Positions 10,243-19,053 of a stretch of 64,000 bases of DNA are shown one piece after another. A program made the position numbers and the translations under genes. The stretch is from an uncultured Actinomycetota bacterium (lineage in GTDB: Bacteria; Actinomycetota; Actinomycetes; Propionibacteriales; Nocardioidaceae). The DNA is taken from contig CAVPRL010000002.1 of NCBI GenBank assembly GCA_963707845.1, forward strand, positions 123,532-187,531, written 5' to 3'. The notes below the pieces were generated by a model. That model was given only the letters and a program-made list of their open reading frames with translations. It made no database searches and had not been told where the DNA came from. Each line of letters starts with the position of its first letter. The first letter of the stretch is position 1.

Positions 10243-12717
10243 ATGGCGCGCCGTACGACGAAGGAAGAACTCCCCGACGACTTCGAGGAGCACATCCTCG
10301 ACACGGACATCAAGGACGAGATGGAGACGTCCTTCCTCGAGTACGCCTACTCCGTCATCTACTCCCGGGCGCTGCCCGACGCGCGCGACGGCCTCAAGCC
10401 CGTGCAGCGGCGGATCCTCTACACGATGAACGACATGGGCCTGCGGCCCGACCGGGGTCACGTCAAGAGCGCCCGCGTCGTCGGCGAGGTCATGGGTCGG
10501 CTGCACCCCCACGGCGACGGCGCGATCTACGACGCCATGGTCCGGATGGCGCAGCCCTGGTCGATGCGGGTGCCGTTCATCGACGGGCACGGCAACTTCG
10601 GCTCGCCCGACGACTCCCCCGCCGCGATGCGATACACCGAGGCCCGGATGGCCCCGGCCGCCGTCGCGATGACCGCGTCGATCGACGAGGACACGGTCGA
10701 CTTCAAGCCCAACTACGACAGCCGCGAGTTCGAGCCCGCCGTGCTGCCCGCCGCGATCCCCAACCTGGTCGTCAACGGCACCACCGGCATCGCGGTCGGC
10801 ATGGCCACCAACTGCGCGCCGCACAACCTGATCGAGGTCGTGCAGGCGCTGCGGCACCTGATCACGCACCCGAAGGCGACCGTCGACGACCTGATGCGGT
10901 TCATCCCCGGCCCCGACCTGCCGACCGGCGGCAAGATCGTCGGCCTGGAGGGCATCCGCGACGCCTACGAGACGGGCCGCGGCTCCTTCCGGATGCGCGC
11001 GACCGCCCGAGTCGAGGCGATCACCAACCGGCGCAAGGGCATTGTCGTCACCGAGCTGCCGTACGGCGTCGGCACCGAGAAGGTCATCGAGCGCATCAAG
11101 ACGCTCGTGCAGAGCAAGAAGCTCCAGGGCATCTCGGACATCAAGGACCTGACCGACCGCAGCCACGGGCTGCGGCTGGTGATCGAGGTCAAGAACGGGT
11201 TCGTGCCCGAGGCCCTCCTCGAGCAGCTCTACAAGCAGACGCCGATGGAGGACTCCTTCGGTATCAACGCCGTGGCCCTGGTCGACGGCCAGCCGCGCAC
11301 GCTCGCGCTCAAGGAGATGCTCGAGGTCTTCCTGCAGCACCGCTTCGACGTCGTACGCCGTCGCTCGCTCTTCCGCCGCAAGAAGGCCGCCGACCGGCTG
11401 CACCTCGTCGAGGGCCTGCTGCTCGCGATCCTCGACATCGACGAGGTCATCCAGCTGATCCGCACCAGCGACAACGCCGCCGCCGCCAAGGAGCGGCTGA
11501 TGACGGTCTTCGAGCTCAGCGAGATCCAGGCCGACTACATCCTCGACATGCCGCTGCGCCGGCTGACGAAGTTCTCCAAGCTCGAGCTCGACAAGGAGCA
11601 GTCCGAGCTGCAGCGGACCATCGAGGAGCTCGACGCGATCCTCGGCGACGACAAGCTGCTGCGCAAGGTCGTCTCCGACGAGCTCGCCGAGGTCGCCAAG
11701 ACCTACGGCACCCCGCGGCGTACGGTCCTGCTCGAGTCGTCCGGCACGTCCGTCACCGCCACCGCGGTGGCGCTCGAGGTCGCCGACGACCCGTGCTTCG
11801 TCTACCTGTCCTCCACCGGTCTGCTCGCCCGCAGTGCCAACGCCGAGCAGCCCGGCCAAGGCGGCGGCCGCGCCAACCACGACGTCGTCGTCTCGATGGT
11901 CCGGGCGACGGCCCGCGGCGAGATCGGCGGCCTGACCAGCACCGGCCGGCTGGTCAAGATCGGCGTGCTGGAGCTGCCGCAGCTGCCCGACACGGCCAAC
12001 GACCCGCACCTCGCGGGCGGCCTGCAGGTCAGCGAGATCCTGTCGCTCGACCCCGGAGAGCGGCTGCTCGGCCTGTGCACCCTGGCCGCCGACGGCCCCG
12101 GCCTCGCGCTCGGCACCCGCCAGGGCACCGTCAAGCGGGTCAACCCGGAGGTGCTCGGTCGCGACGACTGGGAGGTCATCCGGCTCGCCGACGGCGACGA
12201 GGTCGTGGGCGCGGTCGAGCTGGTGACGGGCCGCGAGACCCTGTGCTTCGTCACCTCCGACGCCCAGCTGCTGCACTTCGGCGCCGACGTCGTACGACCC
12301 CAGGGGCGCTCCGGCGGAGGCATGGCCGGCGTACGACTCACTCCGGGTGAACGCGTCACCTGGTTCGGTGCCGTCGACCCGGACGCTCCCGAGGGCTCGG
12401 TCGTCGTCACGTCGTCCGGCTCGTCGACCGCACTGCCCGGCACCGAGCCGGGCGCCCTCAAGGTCGCACCGTTCTCGGAGTACCCCGCGAAGGGCCGCGC
12501 TACCGGCGGCGTGCGCTGCCACCGGTTCCTCAAGGGCGAGGACACCCTCGTCTTCGCCTGGGTCGGTACGGCGCCCGCACGCGCGGCCGCGGCCAGCGGG
12601 TCCCCCATCGAGCTGCCCGACGCGACGGGCAGGCGCGACGGCTCCGGCATCCCCGCAAGCCAGCCGATCGTGGCCTGTGCCGGTCCGGTCGCGGCGCGCG
12701 TCCGTGTGGAAGGGTGA
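10243..12717 (+). CDS. parC: DNA topoisomerase IV subunit A
   Basis: [21 protein letters not shown], catalytic AAMRYTE; not adjacent to a gyrB, which fits the actinobacterial TopoIV locus. Confidence 0.9.
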   Translation: MARRTTKEELPDDFEEHILDTDIKDEMETSFLEYAYSVIYSRALPDARDGLKPVQRRILYTMNDMGLRPDRGHVKSARVVGEVMGRLHPHGDGAIYDAMVRMAQPWSMRVPFIDGHGNFGSPDDSPAAMRYTEARMAPAAVAMTASIDEDTVDFKPNYDSREFEPAVLPAAIPNLVVNGTTGIAVGMATNCAPHNLIEVVQALRHLITHPKATVDDLMRFIPGPDLPTGGKIVGLEGIRDAYETGRGSFRMRATARVEAITNRRKGIVVTELPYGVGTEKVIERIKTLVQSKKLQGISDIKDLTDRSHGLRLVIEVKNGFVPEALLEQLYKQTPMEDSFGINAVALVDGQPRTLALKEMLEVFLQHRFDVVRRRSLFRRKKAADRLHLVEGLLLAILDIDEVIQLIRTSDNAAAAKERLMTVFELSEIQADYILDMPLRRLTKFSKLELDKEQSELQRTIEELDAILGDDKLLRKVVSDELAEVAKTYGTPRRTVLLESSGTSVTATAVALEVADDPCFVYLSSTGLLARSANAEQPGQGGGRANHDVVVSMVRATARGEIGGLTSTGRLVKIGVLELPQLPDTANDPHLAGGLQVSEILSLDPGERLLGLCTLAADGPGLALGTRQGTVKRVNPEVLGRDDWEVIRLADGDEVVGAVELVTGRETLCFVTSDAQLLHFGADVVRPQGRSGGGMAGVRLTPGERVTWFGAVDPDAPEGSVVVTSSGSSTALPGTEPGALKVAPFSEYPAKGRATGGVRCHRFLKGEDTLVFAWVGTAPARAAAASGSPIELPDATGRRDGSGIPASQPIVACAGPVAARVRVEG

Positions 12718-12721
12718 GCCC

Positions 12722-13444
12722 GTGCTGACCCCTTCTCGTGGCCGAACCCGCATCGCCGCCGCCGTACTGACCGGCGCCCTGACCGCCCTGTCCCTGACCG
12801 CCTGCGGCGGTGACAGCGACGGCGGTGGTGGCTCCGACGCGACCACCGAGGAGGTGCTGGCGGCGGCCAAGACCAACCTCGACGAGACCAGCGGCGTCAA
12901 CCTGACGCTCAGCACCGACAAGCTCCCCGACGGCGTCACCGGCGTCGAGAAGGCCGAGGGCGTCGGCACGCACGCGCCGGCGTTCGAGGGCTCGATCACC
13001 GTCGTGCTGTCCGGGCAGGCCTTCGAGGTGCCGGTCGTCGCCGTCGACGACAAGGTCTACGTGCAGCTCCCCCTGACGACGGGCTACCAGGACATCGACC
13101 CGGCGGAGTACGGCGCGCCCGACCCGGCCCAGCTGATGAGCACCGATGCCGGCTTCTCGGCGCTGCTGCCGGCCACGACCGACGTCGAGAAGGGCGAGAG
13201 CGTCCGCGGCGGCGCCGACAACAAGGAGGTGCTGACCGAGTACACCGGCAGCGTCTCCGGCGACGTGGTCAAGAACGTCATCCCGACCGCGTCCGGCGAC
13301 TTCGACGTCACCTACACGATCACCGACGACGACGAGCTGCGCAGCGCGAAGCTCACCGGCGTCTTCTACCAGGACTCCGACCCGATGACGTACGTCGTCA
13401 CGTTCGAGGACTACGGCACCGAGAAGGACATCAAGGCGCCGTGA
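12722..13444 (+). CDS. LppX/LprAFG (LprG-like) lipoprotein
   Basis: Lipobox LSLTAC; beta-rich LolA-like sequence; directly upstream of an MFS gene, as in lprG-P55. Confidence 0.78.
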   Translation: MLTPSRGRTRIAAAVLTGALTALSLTACGGDSDGGGGSDATTEEVLAAAKTNLDETSGVNLTLSTDKLPDGVTGVEKAEGVGTHAPAFEGSITVVLSGQAFEVPVVAVDDKVYVQLPLTTGYQDIDPAEYGAPDPAQLMSTDAGFSALLPATTDVEKGESVRGGADNKEVLTEYTGSVSGDVVKNVIPTASGDFDVTYTITDDDELRSAKLTGVFYQDSDPMTYVVTFEDYGTEKDIKAP

Positions 13445-13451
13445 CCGCGTC

Positions 13452-15281
13452 ATGACCGCAGCCATCACCAGGTCGTCGCGCTGGTTGCTGGGTCTCGCCG
13501 CGGTGGCCGTGGCCTTCGCGGCCGCGGACACGTACGTCGTCGTGCTGGCGCTGCCCGACATGATGGCCAGCTCCGGCATCCCGGTCGACCAGCTGCAGCG
13601 GGCGGCACCGATCGTGTCGGGCTTCCTGCTCGGCTACGTCGCGATGCTCCCGCTGATCGGGCGGATCGCCGACCTCCGCGGCCGGGTGCCGGTGCTCGTC
13701 GCGGCACTGCTGGTCTTCGCGCTCGGTTCGCTGGTCACGGCCCTGGCCTACGACCTGCCGACGATGGTCACCGGCCGGTTCCTGCAGGGTGTCGGCGGCG
13801 GCGGCCTGGTGCCCGCCACCCTGGCGCTGGTCGCCGACCTGTACCCCGTGCAGCGTCGCGGGATCCCGCTCGGCATCGTCTCGGCCGTCCAGGAGATCGG
13901 CAGCGTCCTCGGCCCGCTCTTCGGCGCGCTCGTGCTCGCCGTCACCGACTGGCGGGTGATCTTCCTGATCAACCTCGTCGTCGGCCTCGTGCTCGCCCTG
14001 GCGATCCACCGTCTCTCGCCACCGGTGGTTTCGAGGCTCGGCGCTGGCGCGCCTCGCACCTCAACCACCGTGTCGGTGGTTGAGGTGCGAAGGCCCCCCG
14101 GGCCTGAGCCTCGAAACCTCCGCACCTTCGACTGGATCGGCCTGATCCTCGCCCTCATCACCTTCGTCACCGGCGTGCTCGTCTTCGTCCAGCCCAGCCA
14201 GCTGATGCGCGACCTGACCTACGGCCAGCTCTTCATCCCGATCACCGGCGACGGCCGCTGGCTGACCCCGCTCGGCGTGACCGCGATCGGCGCGTTCGTG
14301 CTGCTCGTGGTCCGCTGCTGCACCGCCCGCCGCCCGCTCCTGGACATCCCCGGCTGGGTCCGCACCGTCCGCGAGGCCGACGTGCTCGGCGCCGTACTCC
14401 TGGCGCTGGCTCTGGCCGGGGTGATCCTGGCGTTCGCGACCGCCGACCCGAAGGTGCAGGTCTTCTCCGACCAGGGGCTCTGGTACCTCCTCGGCGCCGC
14501 GCTCGCCGCCGTCGCCTTCGTGCTGCACCTGCGCCGGGTCGACCAGCCCCTGGTGCCGACCGGCGCGCTGCGTCGTACGCCGGCCTGGGGGGCGATGCTG
14601 GTCAGCTTCTTCATCGGCGCCGCGCTGATCGCGGCGCTGATCGACATCCCGCTCTTCGCCCGCACCACGGTCTACCCCGGCTCCCAGCTGATGGCGGCGC
14701 TGGTGCTGGTGCGCTTCCTGGTCGCGCTTCCGGTCGGCGCCGTGGTCGGCGGCTACCTGACGCACCGGCTCCCGGCGGGTGTCGTCACCGCCGTCGGCAT
14801 GGTGCTGGCGGCGGTCGGGTTCCTGTGGATGGCGACCTGGGGGCTCGAGTCGCTCGACAGCCCGGTCGCGACGCTGCCGCTGGTGATCGGCGGGTTCGGC
14901 TTCGGTCTCGCGCTCGCCCCGGTCAACGCGGCGGTGCTGGCGAGCACCGCCGACGACGTACACGGTCTGGCGAGCGCCTTCGTGGTCGTCTCCCGGATGG
15001 TCGGCATGCTGGTCGGCATCTCCGCGCTCACCACGATCGGGCTGCGCCGCTACTACGCCGAGCAGGCCGACGTCCCCTCGGTGCGCGACGTCTGTGACGG
15101 TGCCAGCCGCTGCTCCGAGTTCACCCGGCTGCTCAAGGTCGCGGGCATCGCCCAGGAGCAGACGGTCTTCACCGGCGCGGCCGGGTGCGCGCTGATCGCG
15201 GCCGTCCTCGCACTGCTGCTCTTCCGCCGAGCGCCCACCCGGGCCATCTCGACGGGCGACCTGCTCCGCTCGGCGGGCTGA
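13452..15281 (+). CDS. MFS transporter (P55/Rv1410c-like, DHA2)
   Basis: AADTYVV, GRIADLRGR, QEIGSVLGPLFGA; about 14 TM segments. Confidence 0.88.
   Translation: MTAAITRSSRWLLGLAAVAVAFAAADTYVVVLALPDMMASSGIPVDQLQRAAPIVSGFLLGYVAMLPLIGRIADLRGRVPVLVAALLVFALGSLVTALAYDLPTMVTGRFLQGVGGGGLVPATLALVADLYPVQRRGIPLGIVSAVQEIGSVLGPLFGALVLAVTDWRVIFLINLVVGLVLALAIHRLSPPVVSRLGAGAPRTSTTVSVVEVRRPPGPEPRNLRTFDWIGLILALITFVTGVLVFVQPSQLMRDLTYGQLFIPITGDGRWLTPLGVTAIGAFVLLVVRCCTARRPLLDIPGWVRTVREADVLGAVLLALALAGVILAFATADPKVQVFSDQGLWYLLGAALAAVAFVLHLRRVDQPLVPTGALRRTPAWGAMLVSFFIGAALIAALIDIPLFARTTVYPGSQLMAALVLVRFLVALPVGAVVGGYLTHRLPAGVVTAVGMVLAAVGFLWMATWGLESLDSPVATLPLVIGGFGFGLALAPVNAAVLASTADDVHGLASAFVVVSRMVGMLVGISALTTIGLRRYYAEQADVPSVRDVCDGASRCSEFTRLLKVAGIAQEQTVFTGAAGCALIAAVLALLLFRRAPTRAISTGDLLRSAG
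14027..14118. repeat. Composite palindromic REP-like element inside the MFS coding sequence
   Basis: Outer arms GGTTTCGAGGCTC/GAGCCTCGAAACC (13 bp); inner arms TCGCACCTCAACCACCG/CGGTGGTTGAGGTGCGA (17 bp, 3-nt loop). Confidence 0.85.
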
Positions 15282-15303
15282 CCGGTTCGTTACCCTGCCG
15301 CTC

Positions 15304-15798
15304 GTGGATGACTTCGAGGACCTGCTCGCCGCCAACCGCGACTACGCCGCCGACTTCACGATGTCGGGCTTCGACGGCGTCGCCCATGCCGGTGTCGCCA
15401 TCGTGACCTGCATGGACTCGCGGATCGACCCGCTGCGGCTGATCGGCCTGCAGCCCGGCGACGCCAAGATCTTCCGCAACCCGGGCGGCCGGGTCACGCC
15501 GCAGGCGCTCGAGGCCCTGGTGCTCGGCGTACACCTCCTCAACGTCGACCGGATCCTGGTCATCCCGCACACCCGTTGCGCGATGGCGTCCAGCACGGAG
15601 GCCGAGCTGCGCGAACGCGTCGGTGCGTCCGCGGGGCAGGACGCCTCCTGGCAGTCCTTCCACGTCATCGAGGACCAGCGCGCCGCGCTCGCCGAAGACA
15701 TCGCGCGGGTGCGCTCGCACCCGCTGATCCCGGACACCGTCCGGGTGGGCGGATTCCTGTACGACGTCGACACCGGCCTGCTCGACCAGCAGCTCTAA
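15304..15798 (+). CDS. Beta-class carbonic anhydrase
   Basis: Zn ligands in TCMDSR and HTRC; RNPGG. Confidence 0.92.
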   Translation: MDDFEDLLAANRDYAADFTMSGFDGVAHAGVAIVTCMDSRIDPLRLIGLQPGDAKIFRNPGGRVTPQALEALVLGVHLLNVDRILVIPHTRCAMASSTEAELRERVGASAGQDASWQSFHVIEDQRAALAEDIARVRSHPLIPDTVRVGGFLYDVDTGLLDQQL

Positions 15799-15904
15799 GA
15801 GCACGGGTCCCGCCGAGCCGTTGACGCACGTCATCTGGCGGTCGATCCTGGGAGGTGCCAGCCACATCTCGGGAGCCGGTCCACCGCGACGTCAGGGGTC
15901 TCCC

Positions 15905-17042
15905 GTGAAGCGTGTCCCGCATGCCAGTGCCGTCGTACGCCGAGCGTGGCCGCTCGCGGCGGCGACCGCGATCCTCCTGGCCCTCGCGACCGTGCCAGCC
16001 AGCTCCGGCAGTCCCCCAGACACCCCGGCAAGCAGGGCTGCGACGACCAAGGTCACTCTCTCGTTCAAGAACTGCCCCGAGTGCACCGTACGACCCGTGC
16101 GGCTCGTCCAGTCGCAGAGCCTGAAGGCACGGACCTGGCCGATCCGGAAGGTCGGAGCGGACCTCACGGTCTCCTACCAGGTCCCGACCAGGCTCACGCC
16201 GGGGATGTCGTTCTTCATCGACGCTCCCTGGCACGGCGGGGACGATGATGCCTCGGTCCTGGCCATTAGGTACGCCGGCAGGCAGGTCGGGACGCGGATG
16301 ACGCCGACGATGGCGCGCACCGGACGCCGAGCCACCGGCTGCTGGGCCGGCACGACCGCGCCGACGGTGACGATCCCGGTGCGCGTCGACAGGCTCCGCA
16401 CCTGGACGCTCGACAGCAAGCGCACCTGGCACCCGCGCGCATACGCGACCCGTGCGACGGCGTCGACCCCTCCGATGATGAGACTGTGGAAGGGGTCTCT
16501 GGGAGCGCAGGCACCTCCTCGACTGCGACGTGCCGAAGGACGAGGGGCCGTCCACGACGGTCACCTACACCGTCCCGGACTGCGAAGGCTGCCTCGTGCG
16601 CGTCTACCAGTGGCCCGACGGCGCATCTGACCCGCCGTACATCTCGGAGGAGAAGCCGGTCGCCGGTGGTCAGGTCCGGTTCGTCGTCCCCACCCGCCGC
16701 ACCCACGGGCTGGAGGTGTCGGTGCAAGCCCTGCGCAACGGGGAGCCCGTCTCGATCGCGATGGCGCTCACCCGCTACCAGGACTACGGACCCGGCGCCG
16801 AGGTGACGCTCGGCCAGGCCCAGACACAGACGGCAGGGTCACCGTGCTGGGCAGGCACGAACGCACCCGCCGTCACCTTGGCGCTCGCCGTGCACCAGGT
16901 CGAGGTGTTCACCTCCGCGCTGGGCACCCACCAGGGCACGATCGCGTGGCTCTCGCCGCAGGTCGAGTCGCTCGATCCGATGGTTTTCGTGCGCAAGGGC
17001 GTCAGCACCTCCGAAGAGCTCACCCAGTGCGAGCTCGGCTGA
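15905..17042 (+). pseudogene. Secreted two-repeat Cys-containing protein split by a frameshift near 16512
   Basis: ORFs 15821-16630 and 16530-17042 each encode one homologous domain (CxxC, VPTR, RY, CWAGT, KG...C); removing one base joins them; start approximate. Confidence 0.7.
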
Positions 17043-17046
17043 GCAG

Positions 17047-17811
17047 CTAGTCGCGGTCCAGCACCGCGACGATCTCGTCGAACCCGCGCTGCCGGGCCAG
17101 CTCGCGCGGCAGCACGCCGTCCTTGTCGGGGATGCCCTGATCCGCGCCGGCGTCGAGCAGGAGGCGTACGACGGTGACGTGGTCCGCGTCGCCGTTGCCC
17201 AGCACGATCGCCTCGTGCAGGGCGGTCCAGCCGAGGTCGTTGACGTGGTTGACCGGCACCCCGGCATCGATCAGCATCCGCACCACCGCGACGTGCGCGT
17301 GCTCGCTCGCGGGGATCAGCGCTGTGCCGCCGTACCGGTTGGTGCTGCGTACGTCGGCGCCCACCGCCAGGATCAGCCGCAGGATCTCGGTGCGGCCCTC
17401 CGCCCCGGCGTAGAGGAACGCCGAGTCGTGGATTGCGTCCTTCGCGTCCGGGTCGGCGCCGGCGTCGAGCAGCACCCGGGCGATCGCCACCTGACCGGCC
17501 CGGGTCGCGAGCAGCAGCGGCGTACGACGGTCGCCGTCGCGCACTTCGAGATCGGCACCGTCCGCCACCGCGCGTCGTACGCCGTCGACGTCGCCGGCGG
17601 CCACCGCCGCGCGCAGTCGCTGGGTGGCACGCGGGTCCGGTCGCGCCGGCTCCTGCTGCTGCACGGGCTCCTCCTGGGTGGTCGGGCTCGCGGTCGCGGA
17701 CGCGCTCGGGGTGGGAGCGGACGTCGCCTGCGGCCCGTCGCTCGCGCAGCCGCCGAGGGCGAGCGTCGCCAGGGTGACGGCGGTGACGAGGCGGGGAGGC
17801 AACCGAGACAT
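17047..17811 (-). CDS. Ankyrin-repeat lipoprotein
   Basis: Lipobox LGGC; ankyrin motifs RTPLLLA, GGTALIPA, GWTALHEA. Confidence 0.88.
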   Translation of the reverse strand: MSRLPPRLVTAVTLATLALGGCASDGPQATSAPTPSASATASPTTQEEPVQQQEPARPDPRATQRLRAAVAAGDVDGVRRAVADGADLEVRDGDRRTPLLLATRAGQVAIARVLLDAGADPDAKDAIHDSAFLYAGAEGRTEILRLILAVGADVRSTNRYGGTALIPASEHAHVAVVRMLIDAGVPVNHVNDLGWTALHEAIVLGNGDADHVTVVRLLLDAGADQGIPDKDGVLPRELARQRGFDEIVAVLDRD

Positions 17812-17831
17812 GCGTTTGGTGTACCAAACGC
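17812..17831. promoter_or_regulatory. Palindromic operator, GntR/FadR-like
   Basis: GCGTTTGGT-GT-ACCAAACGC with perfect 9-bp arms abutting the ankyrin ATG. Confidence 0.5.
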
Positions 17832-17857
17832 GTGAGCGAGTCCCAAACCGAGCGGGA

Positions 17858-18661
17858 CTAGAGAGTGGTGTCCCATCGCGCGACGCTGTCGTCCGCGCGG
17901 TGCCGCACCTCGGCTCGCACAGTGCCGGCCTCCGCATCGACCGAGATGAGCGCGGACGCGCGGTGGCGGACGCTGGTCCGGTCGACCGCGTCACGCGCCC
18001 ACCTGAGCTCGTCCGCCGGCAGGTCGCCCCAGCCCATCGTCCAGCCGGGCGGACCGGACAACCAGTTGCCGGGCGCCACCAGGTCCGGGACCCCGCGCAG
18101 GCTCAGCACCACCCCGAACGGGTCCGGCACGTACCCGCCTCGCACGAGCGTGCGCGCCCACCGGCTGGCGAACGCGACCAGCAGGGCCCGGTCTGCCTCG
18201 ATGTCGACCGGCTCCAGCGCCCGCACCCCCAGGCTGAGCCCCTGGGCAGCGGCGTCCCCATCGACGAGCACCCGCTCGAGCACGGCGAACCGCTCGACCG
18301 GACTGGTGGCGTCCACCTCGATCACCGGCCACGGACCGTCGAGCGGGCGCAGGGAGTCGCCCCGGCAGAAGACCTCGACCACCTGTCCCGGCAGCTCCCC
18401 CAGGTCGGCGACCGCCCGCTCCCGGTCGACCCAGACGCTGTCGAGGACTCCCCCGTCGTTCTGCGCGGCAAGAGCCAGCAGCGCCCGTACGGCGGCGGCT
18501 CCGAGCCGGCGCGACTCCCCCAGTGACTCGGCGCCCAGCGACTCCCCCAGCCCGGCCTTGATCGTGTCTTCCGCCAGCAGCGGCAGCCCGAGCTCCGCGG
18601 CGAGCACCGCCGCGAGCGTCGACTTCCCGGAGGCCGGCGGACCAGTCACGACGACGTACAT
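17858..18661 (-). CDS. P-loop kinase/AAA_33-like protein with C-terminal extension
   Basis: MYVVVTGPPASGKSTLA Walker A. Confidence 0.75.
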   Translation of the reverse strand: MYVVVTGPPASGKSTLAAVLAAELGLPLLAEDTIKAGLGESLGAESLGESRRLGAAAVRALLALAAQNDGGVLDSVWVDRERAVADLGELPGQVVEVFCRGDSLRPLDGPWPVIEVDATSPVERFAVLERVLVDGDAAAQGLSLGVRALEPVDIEADRALLVAFASRWARTLVRGGYVPDPFGVVLSLRGVPDLVAPGNWLSGPPGWTMGWGDLPADELRWARDAVDRTSVRHRASALISVDAEAGTVRAEVRHRADDSVARWDTTL

Positions 18662-18685
18662 GGGGCAAGTCTGGGGGAAACACTC

Positions 18686-18735
18686 GGGTCGTGAGGCTGA
18701 GCGCGCGGAGGAGCGCGCTCTCAGGCTCACGACCC
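18686..18735. repeat. Intergenic imperfect hairpin (REP-like)
   Basis: GGGTCGTGAG...CTCACGACCC outer arms plus inner CTGAG/CTCAG and GCGCG pairing, between divergent starts. Confidence 0.6.
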
Positions 18736-18771
18736 ACTCAGGACTCGGCCTCCGGGGCCGATAGGCACGCC

Positions 18772-19053
18772 GTGGCTGATTACAACGTCCTCACGCACTC
18801 GGACATGGTCTCGGTCGGGCGCGCCCACTACCGGGGATCGGCGGCCCGGGCGCCCGAGCACCACTACCTAGAGGCCACGATGATCGAGCTCACCACCAAC
18901 CAGAGCTACGACTTCGTCGGCGTCGTCCCCGCCTGGGGCGACCGCGAGCCGCTGTACATCTTCACCTCACGCCTAGTGCTGCGCGACCAGGAGGAGAAGC
19001 ACCGCCTCGGCGAGGGTGCTCAGGCGTCCAGCGCCTGGGCGTCCACCTCGTAG
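18772..19053 (+). CDS. Small hypothetical protein
   Basis: GTG start, high-GC3 codons (MADYNVLTHSD...); 3' end overlaps the parE stop. Confidence 0.55.
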   Translation: MADYNVLTHSDMVSVGRAHYRGSAARAPEHHYLEATMIELTTNQSYDFVGVVPAWGDREPLYIFTSRLVLRDQEEKHRLGEGAQASSAWASTS

